Source: the human T2T-CHM13v2.0 reference genome, Homo sapiens | DNA: 64,000 nucleotides | Assembly (NCBI RefSeq): GCF_009914755.1 | Contig: NC_060936.1 | Direction: 5' to 3' (one strand) | Part shown: one piece after another, positions 11,873 through 26,205 of the stretch | How positions within the stretch are numbered: position 1 is the first letter of the stretch | Layout of the letters: every line of letters starts with the position of its first letter | The notes under the pieces: model-generated | What the model was told of the DNA's origin: nothing | Database searches by the model: none | The model's input: the letters and a program-made list of their open reading frames with translations, nothing else | Program-made: the position numbers and the translations under genes

Positions 11873-14850
11873 TTGCCTGGGAAGCCTATAGGACCATCAC
11901 AGACACTTTGGATAACTCTTACAGTGAAGGGTAAGTCCGTCCCCTTCATAATCAATACAGAGGCTACCAACTCCACATTACCCTCTTTTCAAGGGCGTGT
12001 TTCCCCTGCCTCCATAACTGTTGTGGGTATTGATGGCCAGGCTTCTAAGTTCTCTTAAAACTCCCCAACTCTGGTGCCAACTTGGACAACATTCTTTTAT
12101 GCTCTCCTTTTTAGTTATCCCCACCTGCCCAGCTCCCTTATTAGGTTGAGACATTTTAACTAAATTGTCTGCTTTCCTGACTATTCCTGGGCTACAGCCA
12201 CACCTCATTGCCGCCTTTCCCCCCAATTCAAAGCCTCCTTCACATCCTGTCCTTGCATCTCCCCACCTTAATCCACAAGTATAGGACACCTCTACTCCCT
12301 CCTTGGCGATGGATGATGCACCCCTTACCATCACATTAAAACCTTATCACCCTTACCCCGCTCAACGCCAATATCCCATCCCACAGCACGCTTTAAAAGG
12401 ATTAAAGCCTGTTATCACTCGCCTGTTACCGCATGGACTTTTAAAGCCTATAAACTCTCCTTACAATTCTCCCATTTTACCTGTTCAAAAACCAGACAAG
12501 TCTTACAGGTTAGTTCAGGATCTGTGCCTTATCAACCAAATTGTTTTGCCTATCCACCCTGTGGTGCCCAACCTGTACACTCTTTTGTCTTCAATACCTT
12601 CCTCCACAACTCGCTATTCCATTCTTGATGTTAAAGATGCTTTTTTTCACTATTCCCCTACACCCCTTGTCCTAGCCTCTCTTTGCTTTTACCTGGACTG
12701 ACTCTGACATCCATCAGTCCCAGCAGCTTACCTGGGCTATGCTGCTGCAAGCCTTCAGGGACAGCCCTCGTTACTTCAGCCAAGCTCTTTCTCATGATTT
12801 ACTTTCTTTCCACCCCTCCACTTCTCACCTTATTCAATATATTGATGACCTTCTACTTTGTAGCGCCTCCTTTGAATCTTCTCAACAAGACACCCTCCTG
12901 CTCCTTCAACATTTATTCTCCAAAGGATATCAGGTATCCTCCAAAGCTCAAATCACTTCTCCATCTGTTACCTACCTCAGCATAATTCTTCATAAAAACA
13001 CACGTGCTCTCCCTGCCAATCATGTCTGACTGATCTCTCAAACCCCAATCCCTTCTACAAAATAACAACTCCTTTCCTTCCTAAGCATGGTTGGATACTT
13101 TCGCCTTTGGATACCTGGTTTTGCCTCCTAATGAAACCATTATATAAACTCACAAAAGGAAACCTAGTTGACCCCATAGATCCTAAATCCTTTCCCCACT
13201 CCTCTTTCCATTCCTTGAAGACAGCTTTAGAGACTGCTCCCACACTAGCTCTCCCTGCATCCCAAACCTTTTCATTACACACAGCCAAAGTGCAGGGCTG
13301 TGCAGTCGGAATTCTTACACAAGGACCAGGACCGTGCCCTGTAGCCTTTTTGTCCAAACAACTTGACTTTACCGTTTAGGCTGGCCATCATGTCTCTGTG
13401 CAGTGGCTGCCACCACCCTAATACTTTTAGAGGCCCTAAAAATCACAAACTATGCTCAACTCACTCTCTACAGTTCTCACAACTTCCAAAATCTATTTTC
13501 TTCCTCCCACCTGATGCATATACTTTCTGCTCCCCAGCTCCTTCAGCTGTACTCACTCTTTGTTGAGTCTCCCACAATTACCATTGTTCCTGGCCGGACT
13601 TCAATCCAGCCTCCCACATTATTCCTGATACCACACCTGACCCCCATGACTGTATCTCTGATCCACCTGACATTCACTCCATTTCCCATATTTCCTCCTT
13701 TTCTGTTCCTCATCCTGATCACACTTGGTTTATTGATGGCAGTTCCAGCAGGCCTAATAGCCACTCACCAACAAACGCAGGCTATGCTATAGTGTCTTCC
13801 ACATCTATCATTGAGGCTACTGCTCTGCTCCCTCCACTACTTCTCAGTAAGCTGAACTCATTGCCTTAACTCAGGCCCTCACTCTTGCAAAGGGACTACA
13901 CGTCAATATTTATACTTACTCTAAATATGTCTTCCATATCCTACACCACCATGCTGTTATATGGGCTGAAAGAGGTTTCCTCACTACTCAAGGGTCCTCC
14001 ATCATTAATGCCTCCTTAATAAAAACTCTTCTCAAGGCCGCTTTACTTCCAAAGGAAGCTGGATTCATTCACTGCAAAGGCCATCAAAAGGCATCAGATC
14101 CCATTGCTCAAGGTAACACTTATGCTGATAAGGTAGCTAAAGAAGCAGCTAGCATTCCAACTTCTGTCCCTCACGGCCAGTTTTTCTCCCTCTCATCAGT
14201 CACTCCCACCTACTCCCCCACTGAAACTTCCACCTATCAATCTCTTCCCACACAAGGCAAATGGTTCTTGGACTAAGAAAAATATCTCCTTCCAGCCTCA
14301 CAGGCCCATTCTATTCTATCATCATTTCATAATCTCTTCCATGTAGGTTACAAGTTGCTAGCCCGCCTCTTAGAACCTCTCATTTCCTTTCCATCTTGGA
14401 AATCTGTCCTTAAGGAAATCACTTCTCAGTGTTCCATCTGCTATTCTACTACTCCCCAGGGATTGTTCAGGCCCCCTCCCTTCCCTACACATCAAGCTCA
14501 GGGATTTGCCCCGGCCCAGGACTGGCAAATTGAATTTTCTCACATGCCTCAAGTCAGGAAACTAAAATAACCTCTTGGTCTGGGTAGACACTTTCACTGG
14601 ATGGGTAGAGGCCTTTCCTACAGGGTCTGAAAAGGCCACCGCGGTCATAATTTCTTGGTTTGGCCTTCCCACCTCAATACAGTCCGATAACGGACCGGCC
14701 TTTACTAGTCATATCACCCAAGCAGTTTCTCAGGCTCTTGGTATTCAGTGAAACCTTCATACCACTTACCGTCCTCAATCTTCACGAAAGGTAGAACAGG
14801 CTAATGGTCTTTTAAAAACACACCTCACCAAGCTCAGCCTCCAACTTAAC
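11873..14850 (+). pseudogene. pol: HERV-H pro-pol remnant (PR, RT, RNase H, partial IN), many disruptions
   Basis: INTEAT at the protease DTG position, SPYNSPILPVQK, YRLVQDL, QYIDDLLL, RNase H FIDGSS near 13730, IN QDWQIEF and QSDNGPAF. Confidence 0.92.
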
Positions 14851-15297
14851 AAAAAGGACTCTGTCAAGAATAGAGCCCAAAAACTCACCAACCAAACAAG
14901 TAATTACGCTGAACCCCCTTGGACACTCTCTAATTGGATGTCCTGGGTCCTCCCAATTCTTAGTCCTTTAATACCTGTTTTTCCCCTTCTCTTATTCAGA
15001 CCTTGCGTCTTCTGTTCAGTTTCTCAATTCATACAAAACTGCATCCAGGCCATCACCAATCTTTGTATATGACAAATGCTCTTTTTAACAACCCCACAAT
15101 ATCGCCCCTTACCACAAAATCTTCCTTCAGCTTAATCTCTCCCACTGTAGGTTCCCACGCCACACCTAATCCCACTCGAAGCAGCCCTAAGAAACATCAC
15201 CCATTATCTCTCCATACCACCCCCAAAAAATTTTCACCGCCCCAACATTTCAACACTATTTTGTTTTATTTTTCTTATTAATATAAGAAGACGGGAA

Positions 15298-15708
15298 TGT
15301 CAGGCCTCTGAGCCCAAGCCTGCACATATACATCCAGATGGCCTGAAGCAAGTGAAGAATCACAAAAGAAGTGAAAATGGCTGGTTCCTGCCTTAACTGA
15401 TGACATTCCACCATTGTGATTTGTTCCTGCCCCACCTTAACTGAGTGATTAACCTTGTGAAATTCCTTTCCTGGCTCAGAAGCTCCCCCGCTGAGCACCT
15501 TGTGACCCCCGCCCCTGCCCATAAGAGAGCAAACCCCTTTGACTGTAATTGTCCACTACCCACCCAAATCCTGTAAAACAGCCCCACCCCTATCTCCCTT
15601 CCCTGACTCTCTTTTTGGACTCAGCCCACCTGCAACCAGGTGAAATAAACAGCCTTGTTGCTCACACAAAGCCTGTTTGGTCGTCTCTTCACGCGGACGT
15701 GCGTGACA
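15298..15708 (+). promoter_or_regulatory. 3' LTR (LTR7 family)
   Basis: direct repeat of 9646-10053, preceded by the PPT. Confidence 0.95.
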
Positions 15709-15919
<211 letters not shown>

Positions 15920-16322
15920 TGAATAGCCACTTTGGATCCCCATTTGAAACTCCCTTCTGTTGGAATTCCAAAAACTTTTCTGCACAGTCCTCTACCCAAA
16001 TGCCCTTGTGTAATATACACCTCTGTGTTACAGTCTTGTTGCAGACAAAGTGCAAATACTAGGGTTCAGGTGAGGCCATTCCAAATTATTTTCAAGGAAT
16101 GAGGTTTGCTTCTAAAGATGCCTGTTTGAGATGTTTCAGAGCCCACCTTCCTAAAGATGTATATTGGTATCTGATACAATGAACTTTGATGTATACTCAT
16201 TGATCCAGTACTTAAAGATGGACTATTATTGAATGTTCTTGACAAGAGAAATGACATTATAGAAGTCTAGAGTTCACCTAGTATGCCAACATGACTATAG
16301 CAGTTGTTAGAATTTTGACATA

Positions 16323-16868
<546 letters not shown>

Positions 16869-18371
16869 GGGCCAGACACAGTGGCTCACATACCAGTTGT
16901 TGCCATACCAGTTGTTGGTTTTTTTGAATGTCATTCCTGTAGACGTGTGCTTTGGGAAAATTTTGCTGGCAACAGTGTCTAAGGGGTTAGAGAAGGGAAG
17001 ACCCCAGAGCCAAATAATTCAGCAACAAGTCTGTTGTCTTAATCAGGAGGTCAGGTGGTAAGCGCTTGGTCTAATGTGACAGAGGAGAGAACTAATCTGA
17101 GCTGCCTGTCATCTTAAGAGGAACAAAGCCTCCTCCAGCGTGTTTAGGACTCAACCTCTGGAAAGTATGGACAGGTAGAAACCTAGTCCCACTCCCAGGG
17201 TAACAAGGCCAGAACAGGACCACCAGCAACATCAGCTTATTACTAAGTTAGAAAATTTATAAATTCAGAAAATTTGTAAATTGTCTAGTTCAGTTCAGTC
17301 TGGGATGAATTTGAGCCAACAAGTGAGCCCTTACAGGGCAAAAGGGATACGAGATCACAGAATGAAGAGGGTGCAAGGAAAGGGACCAGCAGGGGAAAGG
17401 GTGGGGGATCAAACCAGAAAAGGACAGTCATCAGGCAAATTATGATAGAATGTCATCAAGAAGAATGAAGACTGGAAATAATTATACATTTTTTGATTGG
17501 GGGTGACTAGAAGTGTCACTGTAGGGATTAAGATGGGAATGGATGAAGAAGAAAATGCATAGTATGCACTGTGGACTACTGACTCCAAATGACCAGGACT
17601 GGGAAACATTAACCCATGAGCTGGCTCAAAAACAGCAGAAACCTATGCTGTGGTTTGGTGGCCGTGGTTCTGTGCAAATGAAAACTCAAGAGAACCCACA
17701 CTGGGCTGTGACCAGACCTTCTGTTTTATACCTATGTTCTTGATGGTCATCTTTTATAATTATTGACAGCTGGAGGGCAGGGAGAGCATTCTTGCTTTTG
17801 TGTCAGAAAACATTCAACATGGAATAGGAGCAGCACTTCATCTGGACGTTAAACTTCTGGTTAAGGATTCCATGCAATAACTGGGCTCAACTCTGAATAT
17901 ATCCTGGATATATTAAATATATGTTAAAATATATTAAAAATATATATTTAATATATATCAGGATCTCAGCCTCCTCCTGAGTGAGGCATCGGAAATGTCT
18001 GATCCAGTAAGCAGGCATTGTGTCACACCAGCTGTCACACCGGGACTTCCCCAGCAGGGACAGAATTCCTAAGGGATTATCTCAGAATCACAGAAGTTTC
18101 AATTATGTAGGACCTGAAGTTACTCTCCCTCGTTCCTGGAAAATTTTAGGTCCAGGTTTACTAGTTCTATCTCTACAGCTCTAGTCATGATTCTTGGGGG
18201 GTTTAGTGTCCATGAAGATGATTCTTCTAGTTCCCTGGCCTTTAAAATTTCCTCAACTTCTTCACCTTTAATGATTTTGTCCTCCACTTCTTAGCCACCC
18301 GCTTACTCCCTTAGTCATATACACGTCTAGACTTCATGAATGGCAAGAATTGTATCTACTCCATAGTCTTT

Positions 18372-18575
18372 AAAATTTTTTTAAGAGACAACAGGGTCTC
18401 GTTCTGTCATCCAGGCTGGAGTGCTGTGGTACAGTCATAGCTCATTGCAGCCTTGAACTCCTGGGCGAAAGCAATATTCCTGCCTTAGCCTCCCGAGTAG
18501 CTAGGACTACAGGCATGAGCCACTGTGTCCAGCTAATTTTTTATTTTTTATACAGATTTCATTATGTTGCTCACG
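18372..18575 (-). mobile_element. 5'-truncated AluJ
   Basis: antisense right arm plus short left-arm piece; perfect TSD tactccatagtctt. Confidence 0.85.
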
Positions 18576-18744
18576 TTTACTCCATAGTCTTACACTCAAA
18601 CATCTAAATCTTAAACTGTCTCATATTTTTGAGTCACTTCCTCTAGTACCCCAATTTTAATAATTCTTCAACCCAATGAGGATCTCTAAACTACTGATCC
18701 TATTACCTATTTACTCCCCCAAATGCCCTATGTCCTCACTTCCA

Positions 18745-18905
18745 TAGCCAGGACTAGAGGGAGACAAGGGAGAGCCTAGGGTGCAACATCTAAGGAAACA
18801 CACACTCTCAGGGTCCTGCGAGAGCAGGTGGGCACTTGCAAATTTTGTCTCTTTAAATGGTGCACCCTAGGCACCTGGCCTGTGCCTCACACTAGCCCCA
18901 GTCTA
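18745..18905. mobile_element. MER96-like palindromic MITE
   Basis: ends ggactag / ctagcccc and internal ctagggtgca / tgcaccctag symmetry. Confidence 0.65.
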
Positions 18906-19126
18906 ACTTACTTCTTACCTAAGCTAGACAGCATAATCCATTATAATAAATACCCAGTGCCTCTCTCCTGTTTATCTGGCAAAACACCACTCTGGTTAAA
19001 TCCATGCCAGCATCTGAGACATTGCACATGGCTGGAGAAAAACACCCACCCTTGCTCACAGTTCTCATGGACACTAACCTCACAAGGACTTCTCATGCTC
19101 CTCAGGAATCTCTCCACATTTCCTAG

Positions 19127-19521
19127 TCCAGCGGTTCTCGAAGTGAGGTTCCTGGCCCAGCAGCATCAATATCGCCATGTATTAGTCTATTTCCACACTG
19201 CTATAATGAATACTACCTGAGACTGGGTCATTTATAAAGAAAGGAGGTTTAGTTGACTCACAGTTTCAAATGGCTGGGAAGGCCTCAGGAAACTTACAAT
19301 TATGGTGGAAGGCAAAAGAGAAGCAGGCACTTTCCTCACAAGGCAGCAGGAGGAAAGTGAGAAGAACCGAACCATATCACACCAGGAACTTGTTAGAAAA
19401 GCAAATTCTCAGGCTCCACCTCAGACCTCCTGAATTAAAAACTCAGAAGGCGGGGCCTGTCAGTCTGCTTTGTCAAGTCCTCCAGGTGATGCTGATGTGC
19501 CGTCAAGTTTGAGAGCCACTT
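19127..19521. mobile_element. MER5A interrupted by a THE1 LTR
   Basis: cagcggttctc start, tttgagagccact end, 8-bp TSD (t/c)cctagtc. Confidence 0.8.
19178..19379 (-). mobile_element. THE1 (MaLR) solo LTR with internal deletion
   Basis: both termini (tgtattagtc, aaccatatca) present, TSD cgcca/cacca, only 202 bp. Confidence 0.85.
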
Positions 19522-19626
19522 CCCTAGTCAACTTATTCTCCCCATCTTGAGACAATTTCATACTTCTCCCCTCTCCTCCAAATTCAGATGGCCCTTCCCC
19601 TGTGACACCCACAACCTCCTATCTGA

Positions 19627-19931
19627 ATTTTTTTTTTTTTTTTTTTTTTTAGATAGGGTCTTGCTCTGTCACCCAGGCTGGAGTGCAACGGTAAAGCTCA
19701 CTGCAGCCTCCACCTTCCAGGCTCAAGTGATCCTCCCACCTCAGCCTTCTGAGTAGCTGAGACTATAGACACGCACCACCACACTTGGTTAATTTTGTTT
19801 TTTTACATTTTTTGCAGACAGGGGCTTGCTATGTTGCTTAGTTTGGTCTTGAACTTCTGGCCTCAAGCGATTCTCTTGCCTTGGCCTCCCCAAAGTGCTG
19901 GGATTACAGGTGTGAGCCACTGTGCCTAACC
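19627..19931 (-). mobile_element. AluJ
   Basis: antisense dimer with J-type ggctcaagtgatcctcccacc. Confidence 0.9.
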
Positions 19932-20484
19932 TCAAATTCTTAATTTACTGAGAAAATCAGAAGATAACCTTCACCTGCTTCCACCACGGATTCTCCTGAG
20001 GAGGCTGTGCCTGTGCCTCACACCTGGCCTTCAACCTTCCTGCTACCATCAACCACTTGGGCTGTCCTTAAAGTCCTGTGAAGTGGGTCCCAGCCCCTCT
20101 CACCTACTCAAGCACTCAGCTCCTGCCGTTGTGCCCTCTTCCTTCCTACTGGGTAATTCCCATCAGTATTTCATATCTCTTAATCTTTTTTTAAAAAGAA
20201 AGAAAAAAAAGAGAAATATTCCCTTAAATCCACATCTTCTTCAAGCTACCACCCAATTTCCCTGATCTCCTTTAAGCCAAACTTCACAAGCCATATCTTT
20301 AGTTTCTGTCTCCAGCTCCTCTCATGGGTCATTGTCTCATGGATCTACTCCAGCCAGGCCATGATGCCCACAACTTCACTGACAGTGCTATTACCATGTG
20401 CTTCCAATTGCTGAGCCCTATGGTCAATTCCCAGCACTCATCTCACCTCCTTGGGGCCCTTTCTGCAATTTCCCTTTGGGTCGT

Positions 20485-20889
20485 TGACATGCTTTGGCTA
20501 CACTCACTTCCAAATCTCATCTCGAATTGTAATCGCCACATGTCAAGGGAGAGACCTGGTGGGAGGTGATTGGATCATAGGGGCTGTTTCCCCCATGCTA
20601 TCCTCATGATAGTGAAGGAGTTCTCACGAGATGTGTTTTTTTTGTTTGTTTTTTGTTTTGTTTTGTTTTTGTTTGTTTTTTTTTTAAGTGTCTGGAGTTT
20701 CCCCTATGGACGCTCTCTCCTGCCACCATGTAAGTCTTGCCTCTCTTTTCGTTTGCCTTCCACCATGATTGTAAGTTTCCTGAGGCCTCCCCAGCTATGT
20801 GGAACTGTGAGTCAATTGAACCTCTTTTGTTTATAAATGATCCAGTCTTAGGTAGTATCTTTATCACAGTGTGAAAGTGGACTGATACA
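20485..20889 (+). mobile_element. THE1D-like solo LTR with a T-rich insertion at about 20634-20686
   Basis: tgacatgctttggct...ggactgataca; aaatctcatctcgaattgtaatc motif. Confidence 0.85.
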
Positions 20890-20899
20890 GATGTCATGC

Positions 20900-21560
20900 C
20901 ACTTTGAGTTCCCTTCTTACTTCATTGGCTGCTTCCTCTCAAACTCTTTTGGTCTGCATCTTCCTGCCATCTGAATATTGGAGCTCCCAGAGCTCCAGCC
21001 TTGGCCACTCTCCCTTTCTGGCTATACTCACTTCCTAGGGGTCTCATCCAAGCCCATGGCTTTAAATGCTATTTATATACTAATGACTTAGCCCTCCCAT
21101 GAGTTGTATAGTCAGTCACTCTGCAACATGGCATTGCCAATATATCTACAAATGAGCTCAATATTCCTTGCCCCACCACCTCAACCCATTCATTCTCCAG
21201 CCCTATGCAGCTCTGTCAGTGGCAATGCCAGCCTTTTAGTGGCTCAGGACAAATCTCTGAAGTCATCTTGGATTCCTCTACTTCTCTCACATCCTACATG
21301 CATTCCTTTAAGTCCTTTTGGCTCCATCGAAAAAAATGTGTCTGGAGCCTGACCACTTGTCCCCACCTCCACAACACCTCCACACCCAAGCCACCAGTGT
21401 CTCTGTCCTAGATTATTTCAGTAGCCTCCGAATGAGCCTGTCAGTCTTCACTCTTACCCCCACAGGCTATTTTTCACACAGCAGCTGAAATAATCCTTAT
21501 AAAGTATAAACCAGATCATATTACTTTTCTGCTTGGAGCCCTCCAGTGACACATCATCTC
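20900..21560 (+). mobile_element. L2 fragment
   Basis: cccatggctttaaat and ttttcacacagcagc..taatcctt L2 motifs. Confidence 0.6.
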
Positions 21561-21663
21561 AGAATCAATCCAACTGCTTGGCTATGGCTGACAATGGGCA
21601 TCACTTCCTTTCACTCTCTGAGACCTCTGGCACCTTGCATTGTCTGGATGGGCTTGGTACTTG

Positions 21664-22293
21664 TATTACCAGAAAGAGGTCCTGATCTAGACCCCAAGAG
21701 AGGGCTGTTGGATCTCATGCAAGAAAGAATTCAGGGCAAGTCCATAAAGTGAAAGCAAGTTTATTAAGAAAGTAAAGAAATAAAAGAATGGCTATTCCAT
21801 AGGCAGAGCAGTGGCCTGGACTGCTCAACTGAGCATACTTATAGTTATTTCTTGATTATATGCTACACAAGGGGTGGATTAATCATGAATTTTCTGGGAA
21901 AGGGGTGGGCAATTCCTGGAACTGAGGGTTCCTCTCCCTTTTAGACCATAGGGTTAACTTCTTGACGTTGCCATGGCATTTGTAAACTGTCGTGGTGCTG
22001 GTGAGAATATCTTTCAGCATGCTAATGCCTTATAATTAGAGTATAGTAAGCAGTGAGGATGACCAGAAGTCACTTTCATCACCATCTTGGTTATGGTGGG
22101 TTTTAGCCAGCTTCTTTACCACATCCTGTTTTATCAGCAAGGTCTTTATGACTTGCACCTTGTGGCCAACCTCCTATCTCATCCCATAACTAAGAAAGCC
22201 TGACCTCCTGAGAATGCAGCCCGGTAGGTCTCAGCCTTATTTTACCCAGCCACTTTTCAAGATGGAGTCTGTTTGGTTTAAATGCCTCTGACG
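21664..22293 (-). mobile_element. MER41B solo LTR (ERV1), 630 bp
   Basis: antisense of the MER41 start TGTCAGAGGCGTTTGAACCAGAG and end GGACCCCTTTCCGGTAACA; TSD cttg; tandem GAS motifs. Confidence 0.9.
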
Positions 22294-22469
22294 CTTGTCG
22301 TTCCCTGTGCTGGAATGTTCTTACTCAGATACCCACGCAGCTGCCTTCAAGTCTCTGTTTAAATCGTATTTCATGAGAAAAGCCTTTCACTTCCTTTTAG
22401 ACAAAAAAGCGCCATCGCAGGGAGGAATGCCAGGGTCCCATAGAGGGAGACCGACAGTGAAGTGGAGCC

Positions 22470-22948
22470 TGCCATGAATTCACCAAAGGCCATTCTCCCT
22501 TTCTTCCAGAAGAACAGCATTTAGCTGGGCCTATGGCTACCTACCTAAAGACTGCACCTCTTAGTCACCCTTGTGGCCAGGTGTGGCCATGTGACAGTGG
22601 AATGTAAGTGGAAGTGATGTATGCACTTGGGTTCATTGGTTTAAAAAAAAATATGACCGCCCTCCATTTCCACTCTTTGTCTTATCTGTCAATGGGAACA
22701 TGGCTGTGTCTGCAGCCCGACTTTGTGCAGCAAAGGACAAGGCCCTAGGGGAAGGTGGAGAAACAAGATGGAACAACTTGGACCCAACAACTTGGATCCC
22801 TATGTGGCCATGTGGAGTCATCTCACCCACCTGGGCCACTCACCCCGAAGACTGTTGTGTGAGGGTGAAATAAACTTCTGTATCACTAGCCCCTGCATTT
22901 CAGAAATTCTTTGTTATGGCAGTTTTGCCTTTATCCTAACACAGACAG
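22470..22948 (+). mobile_element. MLT1J-like MaLR LTR
   Basis: ggtgtggccatgtgac, gaaataaacttct and cctaacacagaca end. Confidence 0.65.
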
Positions 22949-23299
22949 CAAAGTATCTTCTGTGGCCCCATGACTAATTTCGTTGTTTAAACTCATTATA
23001 AAAACTATATAAATAAAATATTAAAAATCAAATAAAATAGCAAGATAACACTGTGTAACTATCCAGTTTTAGATGTTATTACCTTTTTGGCATATTTACC
23101 TCATCTATTTTCTCCAGGGGTTTTTAAAGAAGAGTCATGCTTGTTATTTTAAATTATCTGCAGTGCTCCTTGGTCTTATAAAACTATGGGTTATTTCAAA
23201 CTTCGGTAAATGTCTGATACACATGAACTTCTTGCATTGTTGAGGAAATCAGAGAAAAATGATGCTGTTTTTCCCTTGTAAGTTGACAATGGATGGAGA

Positions 23300-23985
23300 T
23301 GAAACCACCTTTGCAAAATTATGGCAATAAGAGAAATTGGACATGGCAGACTCCATCTTGCTTTTAGCCTCACAGGTTGGCTGTCTTGGCTCATTCCTGG
23401 GCATGAGCCAAGCTAACTTTGGCAGAAATTGAGTTTATAGTGTAAACGATAATAGCCTTTCCCCAAAACTAAACTACCCTTGTAAAATTAATGAAAGGCC
23501 ACCAAGTTAGGAGGATGAGAAGGGCCTGAATGCCTGAATTCAGCCATTATTCTGGAAGTCACAAGATGTGCAACCTCCCCAGTTACTCCTGTAAATAACT
23601 TCAGTATTGTAGAACCTAAGATTGGCCTTTTGACAGCCTTTTGCATTTCTGACAACTAGATGGCCCCACGCAGACCCGTGACTCAACCAGTCCTATAGCC
23701 TTCATCCAAAAATGGACTCAGTGCATGAGGACTGTTTTCCACACCCTTATGATTGCATCCCAAACCAATCAGCAGCACCCATACCCTATCCCCTGCACAC
23801 CAAACTATCTTTGAGAAACTCCTAACCTCTGATTCTTTGGTGAGATTGATTTAAGTAATAACTCTGTTTCCCACATGGCGTGGCTGGCGTCGTGTCAATT
23901 AAACTCTTTCTTTACTGCAATGCCATGGTCTCTATGAATTGATTTTGTTTTGCAGTGGGCAGGAAGAACCCGTTGGACAGTAACA
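23300..23985 (+). mobile_element. LTR8A/LTR8B-like solo LTR (ERV1)
   Basis: TGAAACCACCTTTGCAAAATTATG start, gacagtaaCA end, TSD gaga. Confidence 0.88.
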
Positions 23986-24153
23986 GAGAGAAGAGAAGAA
24001 CCATAAGAAGTGGAATGTGAGGTGGATTGAGAGTTTAGTGGGACCAGGAAATCTAAGCAGGAGTGACCCCAGCAACAGAGGCACCTTAGGGTTTGCAGAA
24101 ATCATGGTAAAGGCACTGAACTTTCCACAGTATGTAGGATAAGGACTTGAGTC

Positions 24154-24794
<641 letters not shown>

Positions 24795-26048
24795 GCCATT
24801 TTTATTTTAACATTAAATGTATACATATACTACCCAAGGCTGGAAGACATAGGGACACCAAGATGACAGTTAGTGTGTGCTTTGTATATGTAGGTATGCC
24901 TCAGAGATATTATGGGTTTGGGTCCAGACTACTGCAATAAAGCAGATATCACAATAACGTGAGTCACAAGAATATTTTTGTTTCCTTGTGCACATAAAAT
25001 TGTGTTATTCTACACTGTAGTCTATTAAGTGTGCAATAGCATTATGTCTTAAGAAAGCAATGTATATACCTTAATTTAAAAAATGGTTTATTGCTGAAAA
25101 ATTTTCATGATCATCTGAGCCTTCAATGACTTCCGTAATCTTTTTGTGGGTAGAGTCTTGCCTTGATGTTGATGGTTGCTGACTAATCAGGGTGGTGGTT
25201 GCCAAAGGATGGGGTAGGTGTGGCAATTCTTAAAATAAGGCAGCAATGAAGTTCACTGCATCAATTGACTCTCCCTTTTATGAAAGATCTCTCCATAGAA
25301 TGGAATGCTGTTTGATAGCATTTTATCCACCATAGAAGTTCTTTCAAAATTGGAGACAATCCTCTCAAACCTGCTACTGCTTTCTGCTTTATCAACTAAG
25401 TTGATGTTATCTTCTAAATCTTTTGTTGTCATTTCAACATTGTACATGGCATCGTCACCAGGACTAGATACCCTCTCCAGAAAGCACTTTCTTTGCTCAT
25501 CCATAAGAAGCAACTCCTTGTCCATTCAGGTTTTACCTTGAGATGGCAGCATTCAGTCACATCTTCAGACTCTACTTTTGATTCTAATTTTATTGCTATT
25601 TCCACCTCATCTGCTGTGACTTTCTCCAGTGAAGTCTTGAACCTCTGCAAGTCATCCATGAGGGTTGGAACCAACTTATTCCAAACTCCTGCTCATGTTG
25701 GTATTTTGACCTCTTCCCATGAATCACAAATATTCTTAGTGGCAACCAGAATGGTAAATTCTTTCCAGAATGTTTTCAATATACATTGCCCAGATTCATC
25801 AGAGGAATCCTTACGTGTGGCAGTTATAGCCTTAAGAAACGTTTTTCTTAAGAATAAGTCTTTAAAGTTGAAACTACTCCTTGATCCATGTGCTACAGAA
25901 TGGATATTATGTTAGCAAGCATGAAACAACATTAATCTCTTAGTACATCTCCATCAGAACTCTTGGGTGATCAGAGGCATTGTTAATGAGCAGAAATATT
26001 TTGAAAGAAACCTTTTTTTCTGAGCAATAGGTCTTAAAGGGTGGGCTT

Positions 26049-26205
26049 GACCAGGCATGGTGGCTCATACTTGTAACCCAATTATTTCAGGAGGCTGAGG
26101 CGAGAGGATCACTTGAGCTCGGGAGTTCAAGATCAGCCTGGACAACATAGGGAGACCCCATCTCTACAAAAAACTAAAAAGTAATAAAAATTTTTTAAAT
26201 TAAGA
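26049..26205 (+). mobile_element. Alu monomer (FLAM-like) inside Tigger1
   Basis: single arm plus A tail; TSD aaag(g/a)gtgggctt. Confidence 0.85.

Larger units (their letters stand above)
9646..15708 (+). mobile_element. HERV-H provirus, env-deleted form, 6063 bp
   Basis: two ~97% identical TG..CA LTR7-type LTRs, TSD ATGGG (9641-9645, 15709-15713), PBS, gag/pro/pol remnants, PPT aagaagacgggaa before the 3' LTR. Confidence 0.97.

Noticed and set aside
14850-15297. HERV-H env gene
   Set aside because: Only about 450 bp lie between the integrase remnant and the LTR, with no env-length ORF.
16060-16290. Possible processed pseudogene fragment
   Set aside because: No sustained reading frame, poly(A) or TSD that I can identify.
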